Assembly: GCA_030141605.1 (NCBI GenBank)
Contig: JAQGDQ010000750.1
Coordinates: forward strand, 1 to 64,000
Direction: 5' to 3'
From: Tubiluchus corallicola
Taxonomy: Eukaryota; Animalia; Priapulida
Length of the DNA stretch: 64,000 nucleotides
Positions 13,228 through 25,269 of this stretch are shown piece by piece; positions within the stretch are counted from its first letter, which is position 1, and the number at the start of each line of letters is the position of its first letter. The notes beneath the pieces were generated by a model, which did no database searches, was not told where the DNA came from, and saw nothing but the letters and a program-made list of their open reading frames with translations. The position numbers were made by a program, and so were the translations under genes.

Positions 13228-13920
13228 AAATGTGGTGTCATTGCAAACAAAAACCGTCCACAAGTCGGCATAGTCAAAAGTACGTTATGATGATTCAAAG
13301 TAGAGGGCACCAAAAATTTGGTCAAATGTCAATTTTTCGATTTTTATGAAAAGAAATGCTAAATATATTTGACTTTTGTGTTTTAGTACCAAACTATCAG
13401 GAAAATGTTCACAAAATATAAAAAATCTAATTTATAGAAATTACTAATTCTGTCTAGAAATTAGTACTGCAATTGTAAAAAACTTGTATTTTCAAACTCC
13501 GATGGTAGCTCATTAAAACGGTCATTTTGCTTTGGTTTTTTTTCTGTTGCCAAGCCCAGGTCTTTGTCAGGAAGAGCCATCTACTGGATTTAAACATAAC
13601 CTCAGTGTGTTATTGCAAAGTCCATAGCAACCAACATTTGCACGGTTGCTAAGTGTTTTGTAGAAATGCGACAAAAACAACTGGCTGACTTTAACAGCAA
13701 TTTTCTCAAGATTATGTTTTTCAGTGTGCAGCCTGCACCTCAACTTCAACGTGGATTATCTCAGCTTAGAAATAACATAGAGTGATGAACTTGGTATCAA
13801 AATGATCCTCATAAAATGGAGATTCAGGATACCTGAATAACTAGAAAGGTTGCTTTGCCAACTTATAGACGATTTTGCTTTGCCGACTTATGAACGATAT
13901 TGTTATGCAAGCACACAAAT
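13228..13920 (+). mobile_element. Non-autonomous DNA transposon with imperfect TIRs of about 40 bp
   Basis: aagtcggc...gccgactt termini; homologous to 31253-31906 and to an inverted partial copy at about 59217-59660. Confidence 0.72.
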
Positions 13921-14364
13921 GGGGTCTGTTCTTCGTACTTTTATATGAAGTAGAAAAACAAGCATCTGGTAGTTTATGCGGCATTTCTGCCGTGCAAACA
14001 ATTTTGAAACTGAAGTGTCCGTTCGGACGTTAGCTTAAAGTGTGTTAATTTTAGTGATTAATGGCAACTGTTGCATTTAGCGCTTGAGTTTGTCAGATTG
14101 TAAAACAATTCTCCTAGCTTCTAATTTGCCATGTCGTGTCATTTTATACACTCCTATCTCGATTTGTCGGACAAAAGCGGGTAGACGTCGGTCCGAATTT
14201 ACCGATTGCAAAAAGCCAGTTTCGTTCGCACCGGGTGTGTTCTGTCGTATTCTTTACAAAAATTCTGGCTTTTTTACGGCCCAAAAGGATTAATGCCATT
14301 ATATGTGGTCGTCTCTTAAGAATAATGCTCTCAATAGAAGAAGATTAGAGACTCTTATAAATAG

Positions 14365-14915
14365 AAGCTGAAGCTGAGTCAGTTGCTCCTACATCAGCTG
14401 ACTCGCACAGTAATCAGCTAGCTCGACTAAATCTGAGTCAGTTGCTACTACATCAGCTGACTCACACAGTAAATCAGCTAGCTCGGCTGAAGCTGAGTCA
14501 GTTGCTACTACATCACCTGACTCACACAGTAAATCAGCTAGCTCGGCTGAAGCTGAGTCAGTTGCTACTACATCAGCTGACTCGCACAGTAATCAGCTAG
14601 CTCGACTAAATCTGAGTCCGTTGCTACTACATCAGGTGACTCACATAGTAAATCGGCTAGCTCGGCTGAAGCTGAGTCAGTTGCTACTACATCAGCCGAC
14701 TCGCACAGTAAATCAGCTAGCTCGGCTGAAGCTGAGTCAGTTGCTACTACATCAGCCAACTCGCACAGTAAATCAGCTAGCTCGGCTGAAGCTGAGTCAG
14801 TTGCTACTACATCAGCTAACTCACATAGTAAATCAGCTACCTGGGCTGAAGCTGAGTCAGTTGTTACTACATCACCTGACTCACACAGTAAATCAGCTAG
14901 CTCGGCTGAGGTTGA
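14365..14915. repeat. Tandem repeat of about 60 bp, about 9 copies
   Basis: gctgaagctgagtcagttgctactacatcag... unit. Confidence 0.95.
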
Positions 14916-15673
14916 CTGAATTTTCAGCTGAGGTGGCTTAAAGGAAAAATAAGCTCAGTCAGTTAACTAAAGAAATAAAAAATTGTTAGTTAACTGTTAA
15001 TTATGGACACATGTTTTTTAAATAATTCATTTGCTCATACACAGATGAAAAATTCAAATAATGCATTAGAGATCAATTTTTATTTTTGTTAAAAAGCAAT
15101 GGATTTGTTGCAATTATATTTTAAATCCAACTCTTGGCAAGGCTTATTTTGATTACCGGCTAATCAATTCCAAAACACCAAAATGATCCCATACGTGTGA
15201 CTGACGTTGCCTATTTGCAAATTTGATTATGAATTGACCAGCTTTCCCTTCAAAATTTTTTAAAGTTTCTATCTCTGCCAGCACACGCACAGTCTGACCA
15301 CGAATCCGCAATGCGTGTGCCATATTTCAACCAGTGATTTGCAGTGTCACGTGATTATCGCAAGAGCAGAAATCTTTGCAAAAATGTCGGCTAGGTCGAC
15401 TTCCATCAAAGAATGGCGGGCACGACTAACGCTAAGTTTCTTATCGGCTAGGTCGACCGTAGAAATAAACCGGCTGGAGTTCAGCTGAAACGGCACGGTT
15501 GTTCATGGCATGGCAAATTTGATTACAAGTTTCAGCACAATTGCTTTGTCTGTTTTGAAACTTGAACGGCTGCTTTTCATTTTACTTACCTATGTGAATA
15601 GAGTGAGTGTGCCTGCTAGTTTATTTGTTTATCTAAATATTTCTTTCTTTTTCGTGGAATGTAATTTTTTTAG

Positions 15674-15754
15674 ATTCTTGGGCTGTTTTTGCCACCACTA
15701 CGGCCACTTCAAGGCCTATTTATGATGAAGTTCCCGAGGAGAAACCGTTCAAAG
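15674..15754 (+). CDS. ITSN1: Intersectin insert exon (DSWAVFATTTATSRPIYDEVPEEKPFK), phase 1-1 (81 nt)
   Basis: tttttag acceptor, aag|gtttgt donor; shares RPxYDEVP motif with neighbouring exons. Confidence 0.78.
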
Positions 15755-15978
15755 GTTTGTCATATTGAAATTCACTGTGGTTATCCATTTCAGTTAAAGG
15801 TTTGTCATATTGAAATTCACTGTGGTTATCCATTTCAGTTAAAGGTTTGTCATATTGAAATTCACTGTGGTTATCCATTTCAGTTAAAGGTCTGCCATAT
15901 TGAAATTCACTGTGGTTATCCATTTCAGTTAAAGGTTTGTCATATTGAAGTTCACTGTGGTTATCCATTTCAGTTAAA
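15751..15978. repeat. 45-bp tandem repeat x5 spanning an exon donor
   Basis: aaaggtttgtcatattgaaattcactgtggttatccatttcagtt unit. Confidence 0.95.
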
Positions 15979-16251
15979 GAGAAAAACCCCAGTACAAGAA
16001 ACCTCTCTGCATAACTCTCTTTCATCAAGAAATTTTATATCACTTACACGCTTTCTTATCACGTATTACATATTACATACTTTCTTATTACATACGGGGC
16101 TTGCCTTAGCAGTAACACTGTGTCAAACTTGTAAGTTTAAATCCTCTTGATGACCGTTAGGCGCAGCCATTTTAACAGTTAGTCATTTGAAACAAGTTTA
16201 GATAGCATAGCCTAAGTTTTAAAAAATAATTATGGTATTTATAGCACACTG

Positions 16252-16524
16252 CTGAAAAAGAAATGATGGAAAATCATCACTGTACCACCATGAAAAGTAC
16301 GGACAACTGACTCACCAAAAAACATCACAGGCTCACAGAAAAAACATTATTAATCTTATATAATATAAGGTAATCTATACTTTTGCTTAGTGTGCGAACA
16401 GATTACCTTATATTATATAAGATTAATAATGTTTTTTCTGTGAGCCTGTGATGTTTTTTGGTGAGTCAGTTGTCCGTACTTTTCATGGTGGTACAGTGAT
16501 GATTTTCCATCATTTCTTTTTCAG
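16252..16524. repeat. Perfect inverted repeat: 125-bp arms, 23-nt loop
   Basis: 16252-16376 is the reverse complement of 16400-16524. Confidence 0.92.
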
Positions 16525-16564
16525 TTACACAAGTCTTTCAAACAGATAAGCATAATGTTAACTA

Positions 16565-17202
16565 CAGGGATGAGAATTTTCTGCGGATACGCGGAATTCC
16601 GAGTTTTTGGAAGACCTGTAGTGCCATTTTTGTAAATCGCGTAAATTCGTTGAGAAAATTTTTCGGGGTTGAACCTCGTTTTCGTCGAAATTGTAACCGA
16701 AAGTTTCAGTAGCATTTTTTCGAGGTTTTTATCCAGCTTACCTTTTACCTCCTAGATGTTAAAAATTGCGGAAAAATTTTGGCTAAAATAGTTCAAATGA
16801 AGCGTAAATATCGTTTATTTGATAATCTGTATGATTTCTAGCATGCCATTTACGGCAATGCGGCATATCTTCATTGCTGACAAATGTGAAGCTTTGAGGC
16901 CTCCAGACACAAACAACCGAAATACCAAAGCGTAATTTGAATAAAACCAAGTTTAATTTTATAATTTATGAAATATAGGCAACAAAATATATACAAAATA
17001 AAATTTGTTAATTTTTTGAAGCTTCACGATCATATGTATCATGTATCCTTGATAGTTGGGTATTTTAAATTATGCATGAAACAAGGTAATTGATATTTTA
17101 AGTCCACTTAGAGGCTCTCTATGGTCAGAAAATTGCAATTGGGCGGCCCCCAAACCCCCGGCCTGTTTCAGAGTTTTTTGCAATTTGTCATTCTCATCCC
17201 TG
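16565..17202 (+). mobile_element. MITE with TIR CAGGGATGAGAAT
   Basis: TIRs, TAACTA on both flanks; related copies at 30374-30863 and fragments at about 6978-7134 and 60203-60427. Confidence 0.82.
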
Positions 17203-17557
17203 TAACTAATATAACTTTGTATGAAAAGTTTTTTGGGATGATATATTTTAAAATTTTCTTTTTCTTCTCCTTCAAATGGAAAGTGAAACAAATGCGGGTC
17301 GTCTCCCGATGAAAAAGTCATAGTTACAAAAAGAGAGCCAATGTTCTGATAGAGAAAATGCTGTTTTTTTCATTTCAAAAAATAATGCCACCTTATTGCT
17401 AACTGCATCGTTTAACATTTTTTGCTGCTGTGTTATTTATTTTTGCATTAACTGTCTTAACCATTGCAAGAACTCTGTAACAACTTGTACGCAATGCCCA
17501 AGAATGCAACGAACTTTGTTTTGAAGCATGCCTTATGTTTTGTTACGTTAATTTTAG

Positions 17558-17749
17558 ACACCTCCAGTGATCCGTGGGCAGACAGTTTTCAAACGAAATT
17601 AGACAATATTTTTGGCAACATCGATTTAGGAACCTCTAAATCGGTTGCATCGTCGCTGGCTGATCCATTTGGGGGTGAAGATCCTTTTAAGGCTGCGAAT
17701 AACAACTTTCAAAGTCGACCCTTATATGATGAAGTGCCTGTCAATAAAG
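17558..17749 (+). CDS. ITSN1: Intersectin insert exon with DPW, 2x DPF and YDEVP, phase 1-1 (192 nt)
   Basis: ttttag acceptor, aag|gtattg donor; DTSSDPWADSF..ADPFGGEDPF..RPLYDEVPVNK. Confidence 0.8.
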
Positions 17750-18268
17750 GTATTGCACTGGAGTTGGCAAGAGACTTACTAGATATAATATACATTCATA
17801 TAATGGTCTATTTTTTAGTTTTTTTTGCTTTAGTTTTTATCGGTGGTGTTATACGCATTATTACTGGATGCCTAATAACATGAAAACGATGTGAACTTAG
17901 TTCATTTGTGCTATTTTCACTAAATTTTGTATTATCTGACTTTTCCGAACACAGAATTTTCATATTTACCCTAATCGCTAGTAACTTATGTCAGTTTCTT
18001 ATGTTATTTTGCACTTCTGTTGCAGCTATGGGACTCCTTCTCATTTTTGTTTATCTCTTACTACAATTTTTTTGCCTTTGTATATTTAGGCCATACCTAT
18101 TTTGCTTATTTTGCTAACTAACCATATCTTAGTTGCCATAAATTTTTTTTTGCATATATAGCATAAATAGTACTGGCAATAGCGTACTTCCTTGAGGAAT
18201 GCCTACAGCATGCTTCCTTGGGGAACACCGATTTGCGTTTTCCTACAACTGCTCTACTCTTTCTTTAG

Positions 18269-18727
18269 ATCGGCATGTTGGTGATGGCACTAACAGTGTT
18301 AGTGAAGAAAAACCCGACGTAGAGTCGGTCGATATTCCCTGCATTTTAGTAACCCGACCTTCATCGGGAAGCGCGGCCAGGTCTCTAGACGAGTCATCGG
18401 CCTGGAGTAATTCTAGTACCACGTTCAGCAGCAGCATGTACAGCTGCGAGAACGAACTGTTTATTGACGAGAGTAAATTTAACGCAAAGGGCGTGCTGAA
18501 CAGCACCAGCTTAACTGATCCCGATGCAGATTCTGTTAATTCTCGAACGGGAATTATCGCTTCTGATAAAATGAAAATTGGCGTCGATCTGAATGAAAAT
18601 GTTGTGATGGAAAAGGGGGCAGCGCTTCCCGAGGTGGGCAAAATGGACGACAATGAGCAGGATGATCCGGCATTGTATGTTGATGATGAAAATCCCTATG
18701 ATGAAGTACCGTTTGATCTAACCATAG
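18269..18727 (+). CDS. ITSN1: Intersectin insert exon, acidic/Ser-rich, with PCILVT and YDEVP, phase 1-1 (459 nt)
   Basis: pyrimidine tract plus tag acceptor, ag|gtacat donor, 153 open codons ending ENPYDEVPFDLTI. Confidence 0.75.
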
Positions 18728-20574
18728 GTACATAGCCGTGTTTCTAACTGCCATTGTGTGTTATTGCTGTGCACTGTTCGTGGTATTCTCACACCGTATT
18801 GTGTGTGTATGGTAACTAACTGTATCACGGCTGTTTAGTGCCGATTAACCCTTCCTGTCTACCAAATGATTTTGGCATTTCCACATCGATAGTGAAAGAT
18901 TGGTCTTTATGATAAAGATTCTGTTTTGTTTCCAAAAGAATTTAAGTGCTCGATGCAAAGTCTTTCGACAAAACTGCTGTTTGAATCAGCAGTACTTTTT
19001 TGGCTGTCCAAGCTTTTTCTCTTTTTTGTTGCTCAGCTTTCTCTGATTATTAAATTGTCCATTAGTTATAAAATCTTACTTTGTTTAAATGTGCTGAACA
19101 TATGGTTGAGGAATCAGCATAAAATGTTTTCAACGGTTTTACAAAAATACTTAATCCCAAAGGTCCTTCCACACAAGACTGTGTAAGTGCATCTGGGAGG
19201 TGAACAAATACGTGTGGAAAATTGGCAGTTGTTATACATTTATAAAATCAAGCGGGAAAGTTATCCTCAGTGAAAATGCTAAACTTATAATAACTGACGA
19301 TCCAGTTCCTTGGTTTTCGAGCTTTTCCAAGACCTGCTAAAAGTGTTGTTTTTGTCTTACACTGGTTGACTTTTTTTGCTTGCTTGCAACAGATTAATTT
19401 AAGTAACACTTCTCTGCAAAAAGACTGTAGATTGAGTAGTACAACTAACATTGTGTGCTTTTATATTCGAATTTTATTTTGCACAAATTTGCATGCTCTT
19501 ATGTGCTGTGTTACTAGCGACTTGTGTTATCACATATATTGAATTGTGAGTTGATTTTTACCTATTTTTGTTAATATATGAATTAGATATTATTGGAGCT
19601 AGTGTGTTGCCTTGTGGAACACCTATAATTATTTGTGGCCACAGACAAATGAGGCCACACATTTTAACATTGAAGTTTTTTTTCATTGCCATTTCTTACA
19701 CTTTCAGAAGCTTTATTAAAGTATTTTGTGACACCTAAGTTGCCTCTAACACACCTAAACGCCTATAACTGTTTGTGAATTGTGAGTTCATTTTAACCTT
19801 TTTTAATTTACAAATTAAACATTATTGGAGCTAGTGTGTTACCTTGCAGAACACCTATAAGTGTTTGTGAAATTGCTCAGAATGACAAATATAAAACATT
19901 TAGAATTGTGAGTTCATTTTAACCTTTTTTAATTTACAAATTAAACATTATTGGAGCTAGTGTGTTACCTTGTAGAACACCTAAAAATGTTTGTGAAATT
20001 CCTCAGAATGACAAATATAAACCTGTGAGGCAAACTTTTCTGTAAGGCCGCACATTTTAACATTGGAGATTTTTATTTTCATTGCCATTTCTTACACTTT
20101 CAGAAGCTCTATTAAAGTATTTTGTGACACTTAAGTTGCCTCTAAACGGTTGCTCTGGTTTTGTTTAGTTTTTTCATGACTCCTCTAGGTCACCTTAAGC
20201 TTGGTGTAGAAGATGCAGACGTAACAAATGCTTGCTTTAGCTGAATAATTAGACATTTTGGTTGCAACTTTTCACACTATAAAATTGCATTCACCCCTCA
20301 ACTGCAGGAGCATTGCATTGAAGTGGGAAAACTGGAGACGGGCTCCCTCTTTTTGAAAGATAATTTTTTGAGACAACGCTTCGAATCACTGACGCATCTT
20401 TGAGCTGTGTTCCACTCTGCACGTACATCTAAACGAGTCAATGACAGTAATCACCGGAAGTAATTTGACCCAGTCACTCATCTATTTACTGACTGAGCAC
20501 AACAGTGCAGCTATGCAAAAGAGCACTCTAGTGTTTTCCTAGTTCTGATTGTGTTTTGATTGCGGTTTTTCTAG

Positions 20575-20717
20575 ATGTTGGTGAAAAAAGCGAGGAACCG
20601 GACAGCTCTGCCGTGACCAACAGTGAGAAACCCAAGTACTTTAAGTACAAAGCCACGTTTGAGTTTACGGCTCGCAGTGATGACGAACTGACAATCAAAC
20701 CCGGAGACCTCGTGCTG
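20575..20717 (+). CDS. ITSN1: Intersectin SH3A N-terminal half (YKATFEFTARSDDELTIKPGDLVL), phase 1-0
   Basis: ttctag acceptor, gtaagt donor; matches ITSN1 [24 protein letters not shown]. Confidence 0.93.
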
Positions 20718-21809
20718 GTAAGTTTCACCAAGTTGATTTTAAAACGTGCTGATACAGATACGCTTACTTTTGGCTTATTTGGTTTCCATTCAGAATAATA
20801 TTTATAAGCGAGTCCTCGCGTAACACGGCGTAATGCGTTCCAGCAAAATACCCGTTGCTGACGTTTAAATGACGTTAAATAATTCAAGGTTAACCTAATC
20901 TAAAATTACAGCCTGAACGACTCTAGGTAGATTTGCAAAAGTTGTAGGAACCGGAATAAACTAGTTTGCAATACTGTAAATGAAAAGTCTAGGAGCAGAG
21001 TTGAACCCAATCACGGAAAGGGGGCTCAACCTCCAGGGTGCGCCATTCACTAACTCAAAAGCATATTTTTTAACGTATTTTGACAAGATACAGTAATTTA
21101 AAATTTTACTTAGTTAGGAACGTGTGTGCTACGAATGCTCTGATTATTTTTTCAAACTTCACGCAATGTTATCCCAATTTGTTTCAAACGACCGACCATG
21201 AAAATGGCTGCACCTAACGGTCATCGCGAGAGTTTAAATTTATACGGCGTTTATACAGGTTTTTCACAGCGTTACTGCCGATGCAAGCCCTGCATGCAAA
21301 AAGGCAAATGTAAGTGGTATAAAATTTCAAGACGAATTTAAAGCTTTATGTAAGTGGAGGATTTTCTTTTGCTTTAACGGCGCTAATACGTTCCAGCAAA
21401 ATACGACGTTAAGCGAAACGTCGTTAAACGCAACCAAGACTTCCGTAGAAAGTAATGTAAAAGAATTGTGATACGTTCCAGAGGCAAAAATCAATGCTAC
21501 TTAAATCATATAAATTAAAAACATTTTATTCAGATATCTGCTGATTCATTTCTTTCGTTTTGCTTGAAACCCGCCTATTTTTCTTACCGATATCTAGCTA
21601 GACTTGCTAGTTAGTGGTTGTCTTTCTTAACGCTGAAGCGTTTGTATGGGCACTTAGCTGTTAAACACAATGCGTAGTGAAAGCCAAGCCCTGCATGAAG
21701 CCCCCTTGAGACAATTTCATGCTGTACTAATTTGGTTGTTATAGCAACAGGTTGCAGACAAAGTTCCTTGCCATAATGTTTAAATTCCGTGTGCCTGGAG
21801 GCGTATAAG

Positions 21810-22572
21810 CAGGGTGCATAAGATTATGGATATGTATAAAATAAATAAAATAGCTTATTTTATGGATTTTTGAAATTTCATTTTATGGATATCAATAAAA
21901 TAAGAAATAGACTATATCTGGAACGAGATGCCCAGGGGGAAATCAATTGAAAAGTAAAAACAGGAGTGCTTGAAACGTGTTTTTAAAAACGCAGGACGCA
22001 GTTTTAATTTTATCGGTTTCGTATCACTTCAAATTTAATCAAATTTTACGAGACAATGCCTTGTAATTCATCACTTCAATTCAAATAATTCATCTATTTG
22101 GTACGAATGTAGAATGCCCTCTAGGCTGAAGTTTCCGATCCAATGCCTGTATTCAGTTTTGATTGCCTATTGCTTTGCACCTTCTTTTTCTTCCTTTACG
22201 AAATGTACACAAAACAGACACTCTACAGAGAGTACGTCTCTGGTGGCTGGGTCTCAGTTATTTTCAGACCGAACTCCAGCTCATGCTTTGGTTGAAACTT
22301 CGCCATCTTGATAACAAAAAGACAATGAGAAAAAACAATGTAAAATAGCAAATCCGGAAATGCGCTTTTGTTGGTTTGTTTTCTTTCTCTTTCTCTCCTT
22401 CTAACGTTCGTTTTCAGTGTTGCCAATGCTTACACAACTCGTTACTTTGTACAAAAAATCAGAAAAAAAATACTTTTTTATTTTATGCATTTCTTATTTT
22501 ATGGATTTTTCAAATTTTATTTTATGGATTTTTGGTCTTATTTTATGGATATCCGTAATCTTATGCAGCCTG
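21810..22572 (+). mobile_element. hAT-like MITE (TIR CAGG..GCATAAGATTA)
   Basis: TIRs, near-perfect 8-bp TSD CGTATAAG/AGTATAAG. Confidence 0.8.
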
Positions 22573-22754
22573 AGTATAAGTCATAGAAATCCTCAGATAG
22601 ATGTCATTTGGTACAAACAGTCGTGAAACAGAAACATTATCATTGAACTTTTGAGTTACCAATGCGTGTTTCGAACAGAATAATGCAATACGTACCATTT
22701 TAATACTTCATATCAGGTAAAAAATTTGTTGATAAAATAAAAAAATGGCAAAGT

Positions 22755-23109
22755 ATGAAGTCCTTTGAGTTGTGATTGAAGTACAATGGCAATGGTTTGC
22801 TGGAGGATCTTCTAACCCTGAGTCCAGTTCACCTTTGGCAATGGGTCGATTAGTTATATGTACTTGAGGAACTAATGCTGTATTATTGCGCATGAAATAG
22901 TAGATTTTGTTAGTGAACTATCACCTTGAGTAAGAAAGTGTTAGTAATAAAAGGAATTGGGTTTAGACTTAAATTTAGAAAAGATTCATTTTTAAGGACA
23001 TAGTCCATGTAAGAATTCATACAATATAAAATTTTAAAAAGCTTCTGCCATAAGACAATAAAATATGGAAAAGTGCTATAGATGCCAAAACATTAAAAAT
23101 GGTTTGTTA
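22755..23109. repeat. Interspersed repeat of about 350 bp; direct copy at 28271-28628
   Basis: near-identical sequence (same MRNNTALV... pseudo-ORF in both). Confidence 0.8.
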
Positions 23110-24063
23110 GCAAAATAAAAGATCGTCATTAAAACGAAACGTGCGTCGTTAAGTGGGAAAAAGGTGTCAACGTTCAGCGTCGTTAAAACGAAACGTTACT
23201 AAACGGGGTGTCGTTAAGTGAGCACTTACTGTATGCTACATCCTGTACAATGTAGGGCAGCAGTGTAATGTGATAACATCCAAGTTTAAGCAAATGGCCA
23301 GTAATTGTAATTGTAATTTATTATCACTTCAGCATGTATTTTTACATTACAATTTGCATTATTATCTTTAACTATTATGCCCTATAACTAGAAAATGAAA
23401 TTTTAGTTACAATAATTGTAACAGAACTACATTAGTATACTATAGCATGATATAGTTAGGGAAAAAATTTCAACTATAATTACAAAAATTTAACAGAAGT
23501 ATATTAACATAGTTACTAAACTACATAATAGTTTGTCAACAAGAAATAGATGCTGCATGGTGGTCAAGAAGCAAAGCTTGTAAGACGACCATGAAAAGTG
23601 AAAAAACGACTTAGTTTACAAGAGAGAGAGAGAATTATAGAAAAACAGGGAGTAGTTAAGATAAAATAATAGACAAAGATAGAGAAAAAGAGAAAAGAAA
23701 TGAATTAGAAAGAAGTTCAGTAAAGGTGAAGAGCTACGTAGAAAAATGAACACGTAAATATAGGTCCAGGAATGTAGAATTCCAATGACAAATTTGCTAA
23801 CGATATACACTTTACTTTGCAATCATTCTCTTGAAGCAGGTGGTTGTACTTAATATGGAAACAATTTTCTGCTGTTGAGTTTGGCAAGCAACCGCCGCGA
23901 AAACTGGTTTATTTAATTAGTAACATCTAAAAGAGGATTAAAATATATCTTTTCCAGTGCCATAATCTCCATCTGAGTGAGTCGTTTCGGCCGAAACGAG
24001 TTTTTTCATCTTCGTAGATGGTGTCAGCTCTGTTGACCTCGAATGCTTTACTAACATCATGGT

Positions 24064-24570
24064 CAGGCTGCATAAGATTATGGATATCCATAAAATAAGA
24101 CCAAAAATCCATAAAATAAAATTTGAAAAATCCATAAAATAAGAAATGCATAAAATAAAAAAATATTTTTTGTGATTCTTTGTACAAAATAAGGCAATCA
24201 AAACTGAATACAGGCATTGGATCGGAAACTTTATGCCTAGAGGGCATTCTACATTCGTACCAAATAGATGAATTATTTGAACTGAAGTGATGAATTACAA
24301 GGCATTGTCTCGTAAAATTTGATTAAATTTGAAGTGATATGAAATCGATAAAATTAAAACGAAACCCATCAAATTAAAACTGCGTCCTGCGTGTTTAAAA
24401 ACACGTTTCAAGCCTCCTGTTTTTACTTTTTAATTGATTTCCCCCTGGGCATCTCGTTCCAGATATAGTCTATTTCTTATTTTATTGATATCCATAAAAT
24501 AAAATTTCAAAAATCCATAAAATAAGCTATTTTATTTATTCTATACATATCCATAATCTTATGCTCCCTG
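24064..24570 (-). mobile_element. Internally deleted inverted copy of 21810-22572
   Basis: reverse-complement identity at both ends. Confidence 0.8.
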
Positions 24571-24717
24571 AATTTTTCATTGTACAAAATTAAGTGTAGT
24601 TTGTTTATGCCTCTGTCCTTACCTTTTTACTAAGTAATGCAGAACAGCACCCATTTTACAAATTGAGTAGCTTCATTTTCGTTCCATTCGTAGTATAGTG
24701 CTATGGTGCTGTTGTGA

Positions 24718-25269
24718 TTATTATTATTTTTGTTGTTGTTGGCATGCTTTTGTCTCGGAAGACAATGGAGTGTGCGCCAAGAGGGTCAGTTATTGATCAC
24801 ATTGATGGAGCTGCAGCATCGACTGTGGCTGAGCAGTCCGATCCTTGAACGTCTCCAGGGCACACGCCTGGGCAAGGTATGGAGATCCTGAGTTGCCCAG
24901 ACAACAGGAACCTCCTTTCTTTCTCCCTGGTGTAGTCCAAAAGTAAGCATTTGGCACCAGGTTGGCTGCAGGAACTGCCAAAGTCAGTGAGCATGCTGCA
25001 CTGGTCTGCCTTCGGGGCTCCACTCCTGATTTGGAAGGTTTACTTCTCTACACATGGCCGTTGTGTCACTTGACCTCCTCCGCCCTCTAGCTGTTGGCTG
25101 CTTGTGCAGCTCCTCCGCCTAGTGTCGAGATACAGTGTGGGCATCCCGCAAGCCTACAGAACCTGGTATTCCTGGGCGGTCACCCATTCAAGTACTAACC
25201 AGGCTCTACGTTGCTTAACTTCGGTGATCAGACGAGAACCGGTGTTTTTAACGTGATTTGACCGTAGAT
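24718..25269 (-). mobile_element. 5S rRNA-derived SINE (SINE3-type): full 5S head, GC-rich body, (CAA)/(TAA) tail
   Basis: 25150-25269 reverse-complements to a full-length 5S-like sequence with no oligo-T terminator, then about 400 bp of body and a simple-repeat tail. Confidence 0.8.

Noticed and set aside
15790-15935. cag-ttaaag-gt units as 6-nt microexons
   Set aside because: Flanking introns would be only 39 nt, probably too short to splice; by-product of the repeat.
23958-23976. Possible microexon in the SH3A intron (ccag...gtgagt)
   Set aside because: 19 nt, frameshifting in a phase-0 intron, no similarity to VKGEW.
25150-25269. Functional 5S rRNA gene
   Set aside because: No oligo-T terminator, solitary, continues into a SINE-like body and tail.
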